DNA of 64,000 nucleotides from positions 19,555,048 to 19,619,047 of the forward strand of contig OZ316891.1 of assembly GCA_973895155.1 (NCBI GenBank), in the 5' to 3' direction. Positions 51,401 through 64,000 of the stretch are shown here, in pieces. The stretch's first letter is position 1, and the number at the start of each line of letters is the position of its first letter. Under the pieces are notes generated by a model. That model worked only from the letters and a program-made list of their open reading frames with translations, made no database searches and was not told the DNA's origin. Made by a program: the position numbers and the translations under genes. This stretch comes from Marsupella aquatica. Lineage: Eukaryota; Plantae; Marchantiophyta.

Positions 51401-51648
51401 AAAACATTTTTTTAAGGCGCTAAATAGATTACATATTTCTCCTCCTATGTTATTTGTGCATTCTGTTTCACCCCACTGTCAAGCCTTTGGTAGATTTGAC
51501 ACAACTGTTGGTGCAGGCGATACAAAAGGTGTCAATGTATGCTGTTCCCAAGGAGGGCAAGGACTTCGAGGGCTTGGAGGTGTTCAATACGACTTTACCA
51601 ATAACAATCTATAAATATCGAATTACATTTGAGAGGCAAGGGCTTTAG
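48405..51648 (+). CDS. Multi-exon plastid protein with twin-arginine signal, DUF6816-like
   Basis: Transit peptide exon from 48405. Then TRRTLLALSPTAATLLVSPSLA, GDPDIYYP, FEGTWNCYSTL, YQARFVPFEGYVVCDRLFT, WDPRQPNRLE and a final exon ending YRITFERQGL*. Exons are joined by GT-AG introns. The family name is from recall of cyanobacterial/plant homolog motifs. Confidence 0.7.
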
Positions 51649-52420
51649 TTCCAGTGGTATTGGCTCTATCTAGCCCTTGACAGCTTATAGTGTGCAATGC
51701 CAAAAGACGTCATCACTCAACCGTTTGTGGTCCTGTGGTTCTGATGAGTGGACAATGTCTAATGTCACTTACATGATCATGTCTTTGGCCACCTCTTAAA
51801 GCGATCGAGCAGAGCAAAATTTACAATGGTTTATCATGTACAATGCAAACGATACGAAAACATGGAGATGGCCATCCTCCCTTCAACGAACCATTGAGAT
51901 GGTCCTCTATCTGCCCTGTGCATCGGAAGGAAAACAATGAACATTGTTCTGGTTTCCCCATTTGCTGTACCTGGAGTCCCTCAGCTGTTCACGCCTTCTA
52001 AATAAGAGCTTACTCAAACGAATTTTAGGAGTTCTGTATGCTGTTTCTTGGAATCGAATTCTTCAAGAGCTTATCGATTCAATGAGTTTCAAGTTTGGTG
52101 GGATGACCCACTGTGTCTCTAGGCTCTGGTGAATCTGAATTGACTGCACAACAGTTTTCATCCGCTTCGAAGATGAGTAAGACACAATAATTGGGGTGGC
52201 AAAGAGCATTTGGCCGGGACTCTTCACCTTTGTTCACTTAGCATGAGAAATCACAAAAGACAATCTAGCCCAGTGGTTTGAAAGTGTAGTCCGGCTAAGC
52301 TGTCGCTCGGCCTCTGTCGATTGCCGTGGCCCTTGCCGGCTTTGGGTTCCTCCTCATCCTCCAAGCTAAGCGTCTTGATGAGCTCACTCTCCCCTTCTTT
52401 GGAATTCCTCCTAGCCATTG

Positions 52421-54525
52421 GAGGTATATGCTTGATGGGACCCTTGCCACAACAAATTTCCCTGATGGGCTCCTAAGAGACTTTTGGTACAAACTGGGTC
52501 CCCCCACAAAATTGTTGTTACAAACTAAGCCCCCTACGTAGGTTCCGTACACATGGGTCTTATGTGGTGCCTAGCTGCATGGTCATTTCCCACTGCACCC
52601 CACCGCGTGTAGGTCTGTACTTGAACACATAATGGATTATGTTTTCTTGGGTATCTTCACATGATTATAGGGTTTTAGGGGATCTGCCCCTACATGATAG
52701 TGAGTTTGTACAACATTTAGCCAGATTTAATTTAGTTCTTGCAGGCTAGCAAAAACAAATTTCCCGTTACAATTGACTCGGTGTTGTCTTTGTTTCACAC
52801 ACAACTTTTGAAAGTTTCAACAAGGGCAAATAGCCAGAAGTACAAGATCCTTGGTTCCTACCATACTTAGACAAATTTGGGGTCTAGATGTGAAAAGACA
52901 ACCTTTAGCACTACCAACGACAACTCCCATACAAAGTTGCACTTGCTCCCTGACACGATAGTCTGTTTGCACAAGCCACCAAACACTTTGGTAAGTCACC
53001 CATCAGGCTCTAGGAACTCCAAGACTAGTGCCTCAACTCAAGCTCAACAAACGTTGGTACTTAGGTTAACAAACAAAACCTCCTGGGCCCATGTGGCCTT
53101 GCAATAAGCCGAAGCCAGAGCCGACACCCAATGTTTGTGTAAAACAACCCCTCTACCGGGTGCCTCCCGTGCTTCCCCACTTTCTATCCATCAATGGTTT
53201 GACCGCACTGCCCCCATGACATGCTCATGGCCCAAATTGCTAGCTTGTCCCTAAGTTTGTCCCAAACACCGAGACCAATTTGGCCCCAACCCTAGCAACC
53301 ATCTTCAAGGTTCCAACCCAACTGAGACTCTAGGGGCCAAATGCACTTGGACGTCAACACCCATGACTACTCTACATTGTCTCCCCAATGCAAGCTCCTA
53401 TGGGAAATTGAACTCAACTTGGCTGTTATTTTGATAGGATTTGGCAAGCAAGAGAGATAGCCCTCGCAAACCTCTAGAACCCAAAGGCACCCCCAAACCC
53501 ATCTCAGCTTAGGAGGATCTAGTCCTCCTCAAGAGCTTCCAACGCATCCAAGAAGTCCTCCATTGGATTTCCCATTAAGAAGTAATCATTGTTTTCATTT
53601 GGCATTTCTCCTTAGTGTCGCAACCACCGTGGCTCACAACTTGGGCTCGCCCTTGGTCCCCAAGGAGAGATCAATCCCCTCATATATACTTCTAGAGACC
53701 TGCCACCCCCGGATCCCTATATTTGGCCCTCAACCTAGACTCAAACATGATCGCATGGACACGCAACTAACTTGTTATGTCCATAACTTTCTACTTAGAC
53801 GTTTGTAACTAAAGAGCCATAGCCAGTTGTGATTGGGCCGACCCAGTGTTCATGTCTCGACCTTCAGATCTCATCATCAGTCGAGGGTCCTGGATGGCTA
53901 CACTTGCACCGCGTTGTAGCTCATGCGCCAAACGTCTGTTGTGCATGAAGCAAACTTTGTTAGGTTTGGGTCCAAGAGGAGCTCTCACTCGGGCCCTCCA
54001 AACTCAAATTCCGTCCAGGGGTCCGAACGTACGGTCCACCCTGAGCATGGCCCTTCCTATGACCCATCCAACTCCCAATGCTAGTCTAAGTCCTTAGTGT
54101 GCATCACCAGCTTAGCGCATTGCCTTTGCTAGTGCAACACTTCCTTGCTAACTAGTCTCCCCATGCTTAGTCCCCACCAGATGGCAGTGTTGGAGGCCTG
54201 GACCATAGAGGAGCTTGACGTCGGAGTCAACGAGGCCAAAGCTAAGTGTTAGGGTAATCGAGGTCTACAACTAACTTGAAGACATGACTCATATTTTTGT
54301 CACTAAGGAACTTGCAGTTTGCACGACGGCAGCCACTACTCCGTGGTCCCCTGACGGTGTGGTTTGTCATTCAACACGGTTTGATTTTAAACTTTACGGT
54401 AGCTCTTATTGGTGATAATATCAAACTGTTACAAAAGTGTTAGAGGGGGCCTAGTTTGTAACAAAAGTTTAGTGAGGGCCTATCACATTAATTGTTTTGG
54501 CAGGGTCCCATCCAGCATATACCTC
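52421..54525. mobile_element. 2.1-kb non-autonomous Mutator-like element
   Basis: Exact 9-bp TSD TAGCCATTG at 52412-20 and 54526-34. TIR gaggtatatgcttgatgggaccct / agggtcccatccagcatatacctc, with imperfect similarity extending about 100 bp. Confidence 0.88.
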
Positions 54526-55529
54526 TAGCCATTGCTACATAAGTGGATCCAATTTCTGATCCCTTGTTGGCTGGAATGTGAACCTGATATCACATCTCTT
54601 GCATACATAGAGAATCGGCATAATTAAGATAGGCAAATACAAAATGGCCCGCCCAGGAGATATTGTTATTAGTGTGGTTGAGAGTTCCTTAGAGTATCTC
54701 CAATATCGCCCCCTAAACGCCAATCTGCAGACTAGCGGTCCATTTTTGGAGAAATAAACTCCTGCCATGTTGCCATTGTAACTTTTGCGCGTTGTAACAT
54801 TTGTGCAAATAGGGTAATGGTCTTGAGATGGACCATTAGTACTGTGTATATAGGCTAACCATATGTTGACCAATGTATGCAGGGAGGAATATGCCCACCA
54901 AAAGCCCATTGGCCAACGTTAAGGGTATGCCTACCACAACCAGGCTATAAATGTTTGACTCTTACTATAAACAAGGGTATCACCTTCTGACACACTCCCA
55001 CTATACCACCCTTGCACTTTCCAAAAACCTATGACCATATGGAATTCTCAGACTTTATACTCACCATTATGAGAGACAATGCATAATTTCAGTGGAGTCC
55101 TTGTGTACGTGCAATGCCACTTTGCACAATACTCCATGGCGCACAAGAACTAGTCATTGACAATGTAGGCCAAAAATTGTCCATTTTTTGGCGCTTGCAG
55201 TCACACCTTCACATTGCAAGTGCCACATGGAGCAATCATTGTTGTCAAGTGCTATGGGGGCTGGTGGAGGCGCTTCAAATGGCGACCCCCTTCCTGCCCA
55301 AAAGGAGTAGCCGAGGGAGTAGCACTAAGTTAGCAGCATCTGTTAAGGGAAAGGTTGACTAAAGAAGCATTTCAATTGGGACAAACAAGATCTCACTGCT
55401 GCATTGCCATACAAAGGTCTGGCAATGTAGCAAGTTGTGGGAAATGATGGCCCCAAGACCTGAAATAGGTATCCTACTGTGTACTCCATATCTCCCATAA
55501 TCATCGTGTTGATGCAGGACAGAGGCTAA

Positions 55530-56260
55530 GAGATTTGGGGATCAGGTGACCAAGCATTATGAGAAGCACAAACCAAAGGAAGTTGAGTCAAGGGGCTGAA
55601 AATCACTGGAAGGGAAGTGGTCTGACATTTGAACATGGAGTGTCAAAATTCATAGGATGCTTCAGGTAGAGGACCTTCAAATTTTGGGAACAAACGATGA
55701 TGACACAGTGCTGAAGGTGAAAGAATTGTTTAAGCGGAGCCATCCCAAAATAAAATTTCCTCCTTGGATTGGGCTTCTGTATTTTGAAAGACTGTCCACA
55801 GTGGGGGAATCTAGCAGACGATATGACTAAAGAGAAGGGAAAGGAAAATCAACAGCACCCAGGAGTGACACAATATATAGAAGAAAGCTCCCAATTGTCA
55901 CAGACAATGGTGATAGTGGGAGTGTTGATAGAGACCACAACAAAGCAGGTGAATATCAAACCATGTGACATGAGGGAGAGGCCTTAAGGAAACAAGAGAG
56001 CTAAGGAAGATCACAAACTAGTGGATGAAAGTGGAACAGGAAGCAATGAAGGCCAGTGTGAATGCCCAACAAGAGACGGCAGCTGCAAATTGAGACAGGG
56101 TGAACACTTTGCAAACTTATTCAACTTATTTCCTCATGAGGCCTCTTGCGTTGCCTACTGACAACATGGAACAAGAAGTTTGTGATTTTTTGGGACAGTT
56201 GAAGTTGCAAGAAGCAATGAAGCTGAAAGCTAGGATGCAAAAGTTACACAGGAAATGGTT
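55530..56260 (+). pseudogene. PIF/Harbinger ORF1 remnant (Myb/SANT, NAM-associated-like)
   Basis: Fragments LKSLEGKWSDI, GTNDDDTVLKVKELF, ILKDCPQW and ERP*GNKRAK, broken by stops and frameshifts. Confidence 0.55.
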
Positions 56261-57371
56261 GAATTGTCTGGAACCCACTTCCCATTTTTCCCAAGAGCAC
56301 GGTGGACCTGAATGACGGCATGAGTGTAGCAGAGGACCACATAGACTTTGAGAATTTATTGGCCAGCCAATTGTAGTCTTGTACTCCTTGCAGCCATCAA
56401 TGGCTCCAGTTGTGTCAATGTGTTTTTTAATAAACTTGCATCTTACACCTGACATTGTACATTGCATTCTAAATTTCAAATTGTCCCTACTGAATTGTCA
56501 CCTGTGAATTCCAGAATATTGCAAACACATGAAAATTTTGAAGCTCTAATTTAATTAGAACATTGACCTTAAATTGTTGGCCGGGCTGGGTCTTCCTATT
56601 TTTCACCCGCATTCCATTTCTGACTTGAACCCTATTCCCTAGCAAATTTTGCTTCACCGATCAAAAAGGAATGTAATGGCCAAAAAATAAAATTTGTAAA
56701 TATAAGCCCATGACATAAAATCTAAGATCAAGCCCTAGACTAGAAGGCTGTTGTGTGTACACCAAGTAAGCAAGCATCACTCCCAGATGCGTTGTTGGTG
56801 CTTGTGGCATCTTCTAAAGCAACAGCTACTTTGGAATCCTCCATGTTTGCCATTAGACTCTAACTTGCCTCCTGAAAATTTTCAGGCAGCAACTCTATGA
56901 GCTCCATCTCCAATGGTGCTTATGTGGAAATCTTAAACTTTCCTGCTGCAGTGGGTTTCACATGGACCTCGATCCTTTGGTTGACAAAAGTTGGGCTCCT
57001 CCATGTTGGCCTGTGTGGATGGGCTGGGTGGATGACATGTGCTTGCAGTTGTGTTTAGAAGTGCAAATTCCCTCCTTCCATCAAGTGATCTTCTCATGTC
57101 AGGCTCCCAAATTGTGCTGAGCTGCAATGTGTCACCAAATTGTGCTTGACAAATTATGTGTAATAAGAATGTAAGTGAAAAAGTATATTTCAAACTGCCA
57201 AAAAACAGAGTGCCCAACCTGGAGACAAAATCCCTCAGGCAAGAAACCCAATCAAGGGAGAAAAAGCAAAGGGCCAAAAAGCCAAAAGGACCAGGGCAAA
57301 AGCCCAAGGCAAGAAAAGCAAAGAACCAAAAGCCTAAATCCTACACCCTACCTACCAATAAACTGAAGTGC

Positions 57372-58500
57372 CTAGTATAGCTCGGGCATAAATTGCATCA
57401 AAGGGTCAAGCAAGGGAATGTGACTAGAGGCCCAAAAACCAATCGCCTCTACCCTACAAAGAAGAGTGAAGGCTTGTGCCCTCTGCAGTGCAATAGACAC
57501 CCGCTGTCTAAAAAAGTCTATGATAACAGACACCAGGGGGGTATGGTCTCCGCTCGACATAATGAACTGCACAAGAATGCAAGAAACAGTCATATGTCGG
57601 GTGCAACGCACTGAAGACCTCTACCGCAAGCAGGTAGAAAAGGTCCCCTGGATAACGCACAACATAAGCCTCCTTGTTAAGGCAAGCATGTCCGCAAATA
57701 TGAGATGCCTGTTGATGCCATATTAGCCCCACTAATAGGATCAACCACATGACCAAGTGGCCAAACTCCAGCATGAGAAAAAACCAAATCAAATGACTGC
57801 CACCACGTCCCCAAATGTCATTGTGAGTCATTATCCTCTCACTACCATGACCACACTTGAGGATATGAATACCCTCCCTGTCCAAGGGCGCCCCACAGAC
57901 GCATGTGGGTTAGCCCAAGAGGCAAGGATGAGGAAGACCAAGTCGAAGGTGCATGGAAGTTGTGAAAATAAACAAACTCATACAAAAGGGGGCCCACAAT
58001 GGCCTAGCCAATAGCCAAGCCCTAGAACCAACGCCTGAACTGGATAGAAAATGAGCCCAAACCAAGTCTGAAGGTGCCTTGGAAAGCATGCTAGAAAGGG
58101 TATGTCAGTGCATACAATGGCATGGAATCACCTGTTGAACTCAATCTGGACTGTCCAAAAGTACTCCCTTGAAAGCAGGGACCACACTCTACACATCCTC
58201 CGACAACAGTGACCGGGCATGACAAAGCTAGACCTGAAAGGGAGAGCTCCGTTCTCCACTCCCATGACCAAGTCAGAGAGGATAGGCCAAAGGTCCACAA
58301 TGAAACACAATGCCCAGGCAGGAGCCACATGCGCCCAACTACAAAGAAATGAGCAAGGAGCAATGGCCACAGCCCATCCCGCCTCTTGATGGGGGCAGGG
58401 CCGCCTGCCTAGCCGCAAAAGTCCAAAGTCAAGGAGGGATACCTGTTGTGTACATGTCATGCATAGACTTTGGTTCCCCTGGTACCAAACAAACTACCTT
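57372..58500 (-). mobile_element. 3' fragment of a CRE/RLE-type non-LTR retrotransposon
   Basis: QAALPPSRGGMG (RT thumb), DREGIHILKCGHGSERIMTHNDI (CCHC finger region) and FFRQRVSIALQRAQA (C-terminal motif of RLE elements). Confidence 0.6.
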
Positions 58501-58759
58501 GAGACTATCTCCCAAGTATGTTGTACGTGTGGAAACGAGTCAAGGCAAGTGTGACTCCTACTCTGACTTTGTACCCTCACCTCAATGTTCAACTTGCACT
58601 TCTGCCATTGACTCACAAAGAAATCCAAGATTTAGAAAGGAAAACTCACCCAAATTTCAGTGGTAAAACAGACCAGAACTTTTTGGACTCCAAAGATGGT
58701 CAACAATGTCAATTCTCAGATGGAAATAGTTGGCCTTATTTTTGAAATCAGTTGTTGCA

Positions 58760-59700
58760 AGAATGAAGGTCAGCCACAGTAGATTTCCCCTATGCAGCAC
58801 ATACCCTTAAATATGGAGAGAAATGATCATATCTTTCATCATCAATATTAATATTGTGGAGCATGACATATGCAAGCAGAATATTCATGTTCTGTTCATA
58901 CCCAAGACTGTGCAGGCCTCTTCACTATCTCAAATCTAGCTTGAAGTTCCCCAATTAATTAAACTCCCTCTCCACATCCTTCCTTGCCACCTCTTGGCAT
59001 GTTCCAATGTGCTTCAATTTCTCAGATTGTGGCATGTGCACAATGGATGTGCAAAAAGACCATTGTAGATAAATTCTATCCACCCAAAAAAAAAATCTTG
59101 TTTGTACTTTGTACCGTTCAGATGGAAATTGACATTGGCTGCATTATTGCATAACTATTCATTTAGAAGTGGTGAGTCAAGGACTTTCTAATCTTTGTTT
59201 GCCTTAACCAACCCAAAAAAGACAAATTCATACTTCTTTCTGAGAAACTTAGTTGCCTCCAATATGGTGGACTTATTCTTCTCCTTGTCGGTGTATTGCC
59301 CCTACCAAGCAATAAGCAATTCTTCCAATCATGCCCAGTGCATCCGACCCGATGCACCAAACCTCCGTCTGCATTACTTCAAAGGTGATTCTGGAAATCT
59401 TCAGCTATTGGCTTCTGCAAATAGTGACCCTCATACAACTCTCTAATGACTTTGACAAAGTGAAACAAATACCCAATGTTGTGCTTTCACCAATTCTACA
59501 GTACTCGTCCAAAGCATCTTCCCAACTCCATAAGGTAATTGTCCCAATGCTGCAGTCAATGTTTTATGAGTGGAGACAAGCTTACTTTCACGGAATGCAA
59601 AATTCATCCAACTTCAAGGCAAATGCCACATGGCACCATATTACTGCATGGTGTTGAAGTTGGATGTCCATTTACCACAAAGGAATCTGGTTCTGGTTCC
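58760..59700 (-). pseudogene. PIF/Harbinger DDE transposase remnant
   Basis: LTAALGQLPYG..DALDEYCRIGESTT, HDWKNC and a C-terminal DVER.F...ARFEIV...LHNI region; frameshifted and convergent with the ORF1 remnant. Confidence 0.75.
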
Positions 59701-60191
59701 CCACAGGAAACTTCTCCTAAAATCCGCGAGAGCACGTAAAACCACATGAGCCCTATTGGTCACAAACAAAACCAATTTGTCCTGAAAAAATAACCAACAT
59801 ATAAATTATAAGTGTTTGAGGCATGACAAAGGACAGCCGGTCTACCCGGAACAATAAAAAATGGCAAAAACAAAGAAAGGAGGGAAACGGGGGAAACAAA
59901 ATAACCATTGGATGGGTTGTGATTCATCTGTCATTATTTTCCAGTACATAAATTGCTTGAATTCTATATCTAATTAATCCATTTTTGAAATAACCATTTA
60001 TAGAAAAACACATTCCAGCTCCTAAAAATTTATCAAAGGAACATAAGAAACCCTTCAGCTCCTATGGAAGTGGAATACCATCTGAGCATAACAAACCCTT
60101 TGACTCCTATGGACAGACTAATACCAACCAAATGTAAGAAATCGGGTGTCTCTCGCCCTGCGCTATAGAGGGGGCTTTAAATGGGCTTTAA

Positions 60192-60659
60192 AGAAATCAA
60201 ACAATCCTTCTCTTTGGCTCCATTCCCTTACTTAGAAAACCAGCTTTAACCAGAAGGGAAGGGAAGGGAAGAAAATTGAAGAAAAAAAATGAACCCCCCA
60301 AAATCCGACACAACACATTAGTTCTAGAAAAAAATTGCCCTAAACCCTAAACCCTAAACCCTAAAAGTCCCGGTGCCGCATCCAAACCACCCCTTTTTTC
60401 TTTTGGCCTCAAGAGCTCATTCACCTTAGTCTTGGCTCCATTGGTAGCGCCACCCTCCCTCCACTTTCTTTTGCTAAAACTAGATTGAAGGGAGAAGAAA
60501 GAAATCAAGCAACCCTTCTCTTTGGCTCCATTCCCTTACTCAGAAAACCAGCTTTAACCAGAAGGGAAGGGAAGGGAAGGGAAGGGAAGAAAATTGAAGA
60601 AAAAAAATGAACCCCCCAAAATCCGACACAACACATTAGTTCTAGAAAAAAATTGCCCT
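60192..60659. repeat. ~150-bp direct duplication (60192-60340 and 60500-60659)
   Basis: Near-identical agaaatcaa...gaagggaaggg...aaaaaattgccc blocks that differ in (gaagg)n copy number. Confidence 0.85.
60338..60365 (-). repeat. Interstitial plant telomeric repeat (CCCTAAA)4
   Basis: Four perfect CCCTAAA units. Confidence 0.9.
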
Positions 60660-60899
60660 CCCATGCCACCACCCACTCACCTCTCACAAATTTCCCCCCT
60701 GTTCGCCGCCATTTACCTTCGTCCCCGCCGCCACGACCCTTTCCTTTGTCCCCCATCCCGAGTGTCGGCTAATGGGGGTCTCCCTCGGCCCGGAGCTATA
60801 GAGGGGGCTTTCTGTTCTGGCTTTAGTTGGAAAGTGTGTGGGTTACCCATCAGCGCGTTATTCCCGGAGGGGCGTGCTTAACTGGATTGTTCCTAGCTT

Positions 60900-63800
60900 G
60901 ATCAGTGCAGCTTCATCCTGACATGTCACTGATGAAGAATTGATCTTGGGTTTTGGTATTTATCGGAAAAAATCCACGAAAATGATTTGGCTGGAATTAG
61001 TGCCTCGAATCGTTTTGGGCGGTGTTTGAAATTATTATCTGAAGGTTTTCTGATTTGGTTGTGTCTGAGTGGTGGTAGTGGGAGTCGAGTGTTTTTTGGT
61101 TCATGTGTTTTTTAGGTGTGTCTTTTTGGAAAGCGAGCTTTCATTGTCAGCACCTTGAAGAATGCACCGTTTAGTGTTTCTGGTAGTATTGATCGATCAA
61201 ATGCTGCAAATTGTGGTTTTATTTTTTATGAAGTCAACCCGGCTCTCGCGAGGTTTTATATTCACTGCCGCTCATTGTCAAGTTTGGGGTAAATCTCATA
61301 GCGTTGATCCCTGTCGCCCCTAAGTCCTCGATTTTCCTTCGAGGCTAAGGGCTTGATCAGTGAATTTTATTCATGGATTCATGCTTCCTAACTCAGAGTT
61401 TAGGACAATGCAGCGGAGAGCTAATTTGATGGGAGACAGTAGTAGTTGAAAAATTGGTGCTGACTGTGAAATCCAGACTAGGAATTTGGAGTGTGAGGGA
61501 TCTTCGATTTTAGTAGGAGTGAAGCTATTTGCTGGAAAGCTTGACTAAACAACAATCGTAATATGTGTCCTATCTTTCAACTCGGAGGTTGTCAGGGCAA
61601 TTGAAAGGCAGCTTCCAAAGCGAACGTGGCGAGTTCCTGCAGGAACGTACATTGCTGTCACCAATAGAAGAATGAGGTTTGACACTCATCGAACAGAATG
61701 GCTAATTTTCACTTTTCTAGTATCGTGAGAGCGAGACGATATTTTATCGTTGGTATTGCAGTCTTTCCTCTTGGACAGGAATTAGGGCGTCCGGTCAGGT
61801 GGGTACATCTGGTTTCTGGTTTCGTTTGGTACAAATTTCTCTGTTCCAATTCTCGAGTGGCTCCGGTAGGTCGAGTTTTTATTCATCTGTTCACTGATTC
61901 AGTCTTGCTCTCACACTTTCTCTTTCTGTTCTTTTGTTCTTTGTCTCAGTCATTTTCTTCTCTGGCTTTCCTTCATTGTTTCCATGTTCTTCTTATCAAT
62001 GCACGGTCCTTGGATCTCATTCACTTGTTCCTTCGTCTTCCTTCAAAAGTTGCACATTCCTTTGCACCTTTGGGACTTGACTCTCGTCGTCTCTCCTACA
62101 CATTGGACCCATTAAATTGACAGTCATACGTAATCTTCTTGTGAAGGCGACCACGTCCATCACATAAGTACAACTCAAATGTGTCCTCGAGCTTCAGTGG
62201 ACGAACGTCATTGAACTTGAGACGCCATCCAGGACGGTCAATCATTTTTCACTGGAAATCATCACTGAGAGATAGCTTAGTGGTTTGAATATCTTGATCG
62301 GCCGATTCCTGGCCTTAATGCTGGAACTATTGTTCTGACACTTTTGTTGATTTTGTTGTCTACATCCTACAAAATGAACCCAAAAAAATCTCAACCTGTT
62401 GTATGCTCTTTGAATTTTTTTTCCCTACCATCGTGACTGCTCTCGTCTGCTTTCGATGGCAGATTGGTTCAGACGCCTTCCTGTTCTTCTTTCATTATAG
62501 ACACCTGTTGGGAATATATATTCTATCTTTTCCCTTCCTTCTTACACTTCAAATTGAAACTGATCATCAATTTCAGTGCCTCTGCATCGATATACATATT
62601 CTGTCAACTCTCTCCGATTCATAATCGATCTCGTCAAGAGTTTTGTTTCCTTCTTGAATTTGTGGGTTGCTTGATTGTGTACCAATTGTCTCTCTGCGAG
62701 ATACGTGGTACGCCTTCCAACAGTTAACACGTGAAACTGCAACAGGTTGCACGCCTTGAGGATTGATCTACCACCATTGAGTATTTACTTTAATTTTAGG
62801 TCTAAATTCATCATGGCTAACTAAGGGCCTAAAGACTGTAGACAACATATTACTGATGTTGCTTGAGTTGCTGTCGGAGAACTGGTATCGAGCTGTGTAG
62901 TTCCATGCCCACGAATCCGGTATCTCTGTTAGGTTCGCGTTATCACTTGTACAAGGCCTCTCGCGATTTCCTTTGGGCACAGAATTCAAGGTAAGTCCTG
63001 GCTACATTCCATATTCTTCTTCGTTGTAATCTGACAACTGGTGGGCTACAATACTTCCCAACTCTTACTACCCAACCAAGCGGGACAGCATCTCTTTTTC
63101 AGGTCTGGATACGTTTTGTCTCCCCGTGCTGCTTTGAGTGCTGCTCAATTCTTGGACGAACTACTATCTCCTGCTGCCTGCAATATCTGCAGTTCCCTTT
63201 TCCTTTCAGACGTGTTAAACTTCTAAGGATATCTCCGACTATTGTATCTGCCCCTCCATTGAAGACACCACTCCACTACTGCTTGTGTCCCGGTTCAGCT
63301 TGTTTTATTTCCCAGTCTATTTTAATTTTGTGCCCATCTACATCTACTATTTTTCAGATTAGTCGAGCTTTCTGCCTAGCTTTCCACTTACACGGTCTGC
63401 ATATTGCACATCACTCGTACACGAGCAGTTCTTTAAATTATGTGTCGTCGATTTTTCTTCTGGAGTCCCAGTTCGGACAACTCCCATGGCAAGCAACTGC
63501 AGGCTCAGCAGTTTCTTTCCGAGACCTGGAATCAATTCGATCAGGAATCCAGCGTAGAAGTCCTTTTGCCATGCCTTCACATCTTGATACGAAAACGCAG
63601 GATTTTGAGTATCCAGTCGGGCTCGTCTTGGTGGTAGTGGCCGTCCTTGTCCTTCAGGAGGTCTCGAGTTTAACACATCTGATCTACAAGTGTTGCTTTT
63701 TCACCAACTCCATTCCAGGTGGAATACACATGAATCTCAATGACACAGGATACGAGTTCAACACTTTGAAAAGTTAAGAGAGCATCTACTTTCAGTCCCG

Positions 63801-64000
63801 TTCTCCCGTTGAGTGGGTCCTGCCTTCTCGCCCGTTCCTTCGTTTAATCCACTTTTTCGTGGTCTTCTATCTGGTTCCGCCTGTGACATTGTCATTCATG
63901 TTTGTCCCCTCCTCATCTTCTCTGGATTTGTCCTTTGGCGCGTTGGGCTCCATTCTCTGTGGCGGTCGGGTCTGTGTGGCTCTCTGCGGAATGAATCTTT
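60900..64000 (-). mobile_element. Degraded L1-type LINE (ORF1 and APE endonuclease region)
   Basis: Minus-strand fragments IGDSNV (GDFN-like, ~61660) and LRGDR (~61315); purine-rich minus strand typical of LINE ORF1/ORF2; no intact frame. Confidence 0.4.

Noticed and set aside
63259-63777. 172-aa plus-strand ORF
   Set aside because: No domain; probably the antisense frame of the decayed LINE.

Overview
Eukaryotic land-plant genomic DNA. It has spliceosomal introns, plastid transit peptides and TTTAGGG repeats; the transposon mix suggests a non-seed plant such as a liverwort (inference). There are three host genes: an intronless CHY/RING zinc-finger E3 ligase (- strand, ~8.3-9.3 kb), an intron-rich plastid FGAM synthase PUR4/purL (+, 35.9-46.0 kb) and a multi-exon DUF6816-like protein with a twin-arginine motif (+, 48.4-51.6 kb). 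The rest is layered transposons: two Ty1/copia elements with both LTRs and target-site duplications (TSDs), several MITEs, a Helitron-like element hosting a deep nest, a non-autonomous MULE, and PIF/Harbinger, CRE-like and L1-like remnants. The most notable structure is a 10.5-kb element (13969-24455) with ~350-bp terminal inverted repeats (TIRs). It carries a MULE/SWIM DDE transposase on the + strand. On the - strand it carries two convergent accessory genes: an intact RPA70-C-like zinc/OB-fold ORF and a spliced C2H2 zinc-finger gene of unknown family. All family assignments are motif recognition by eye; no searches were run.
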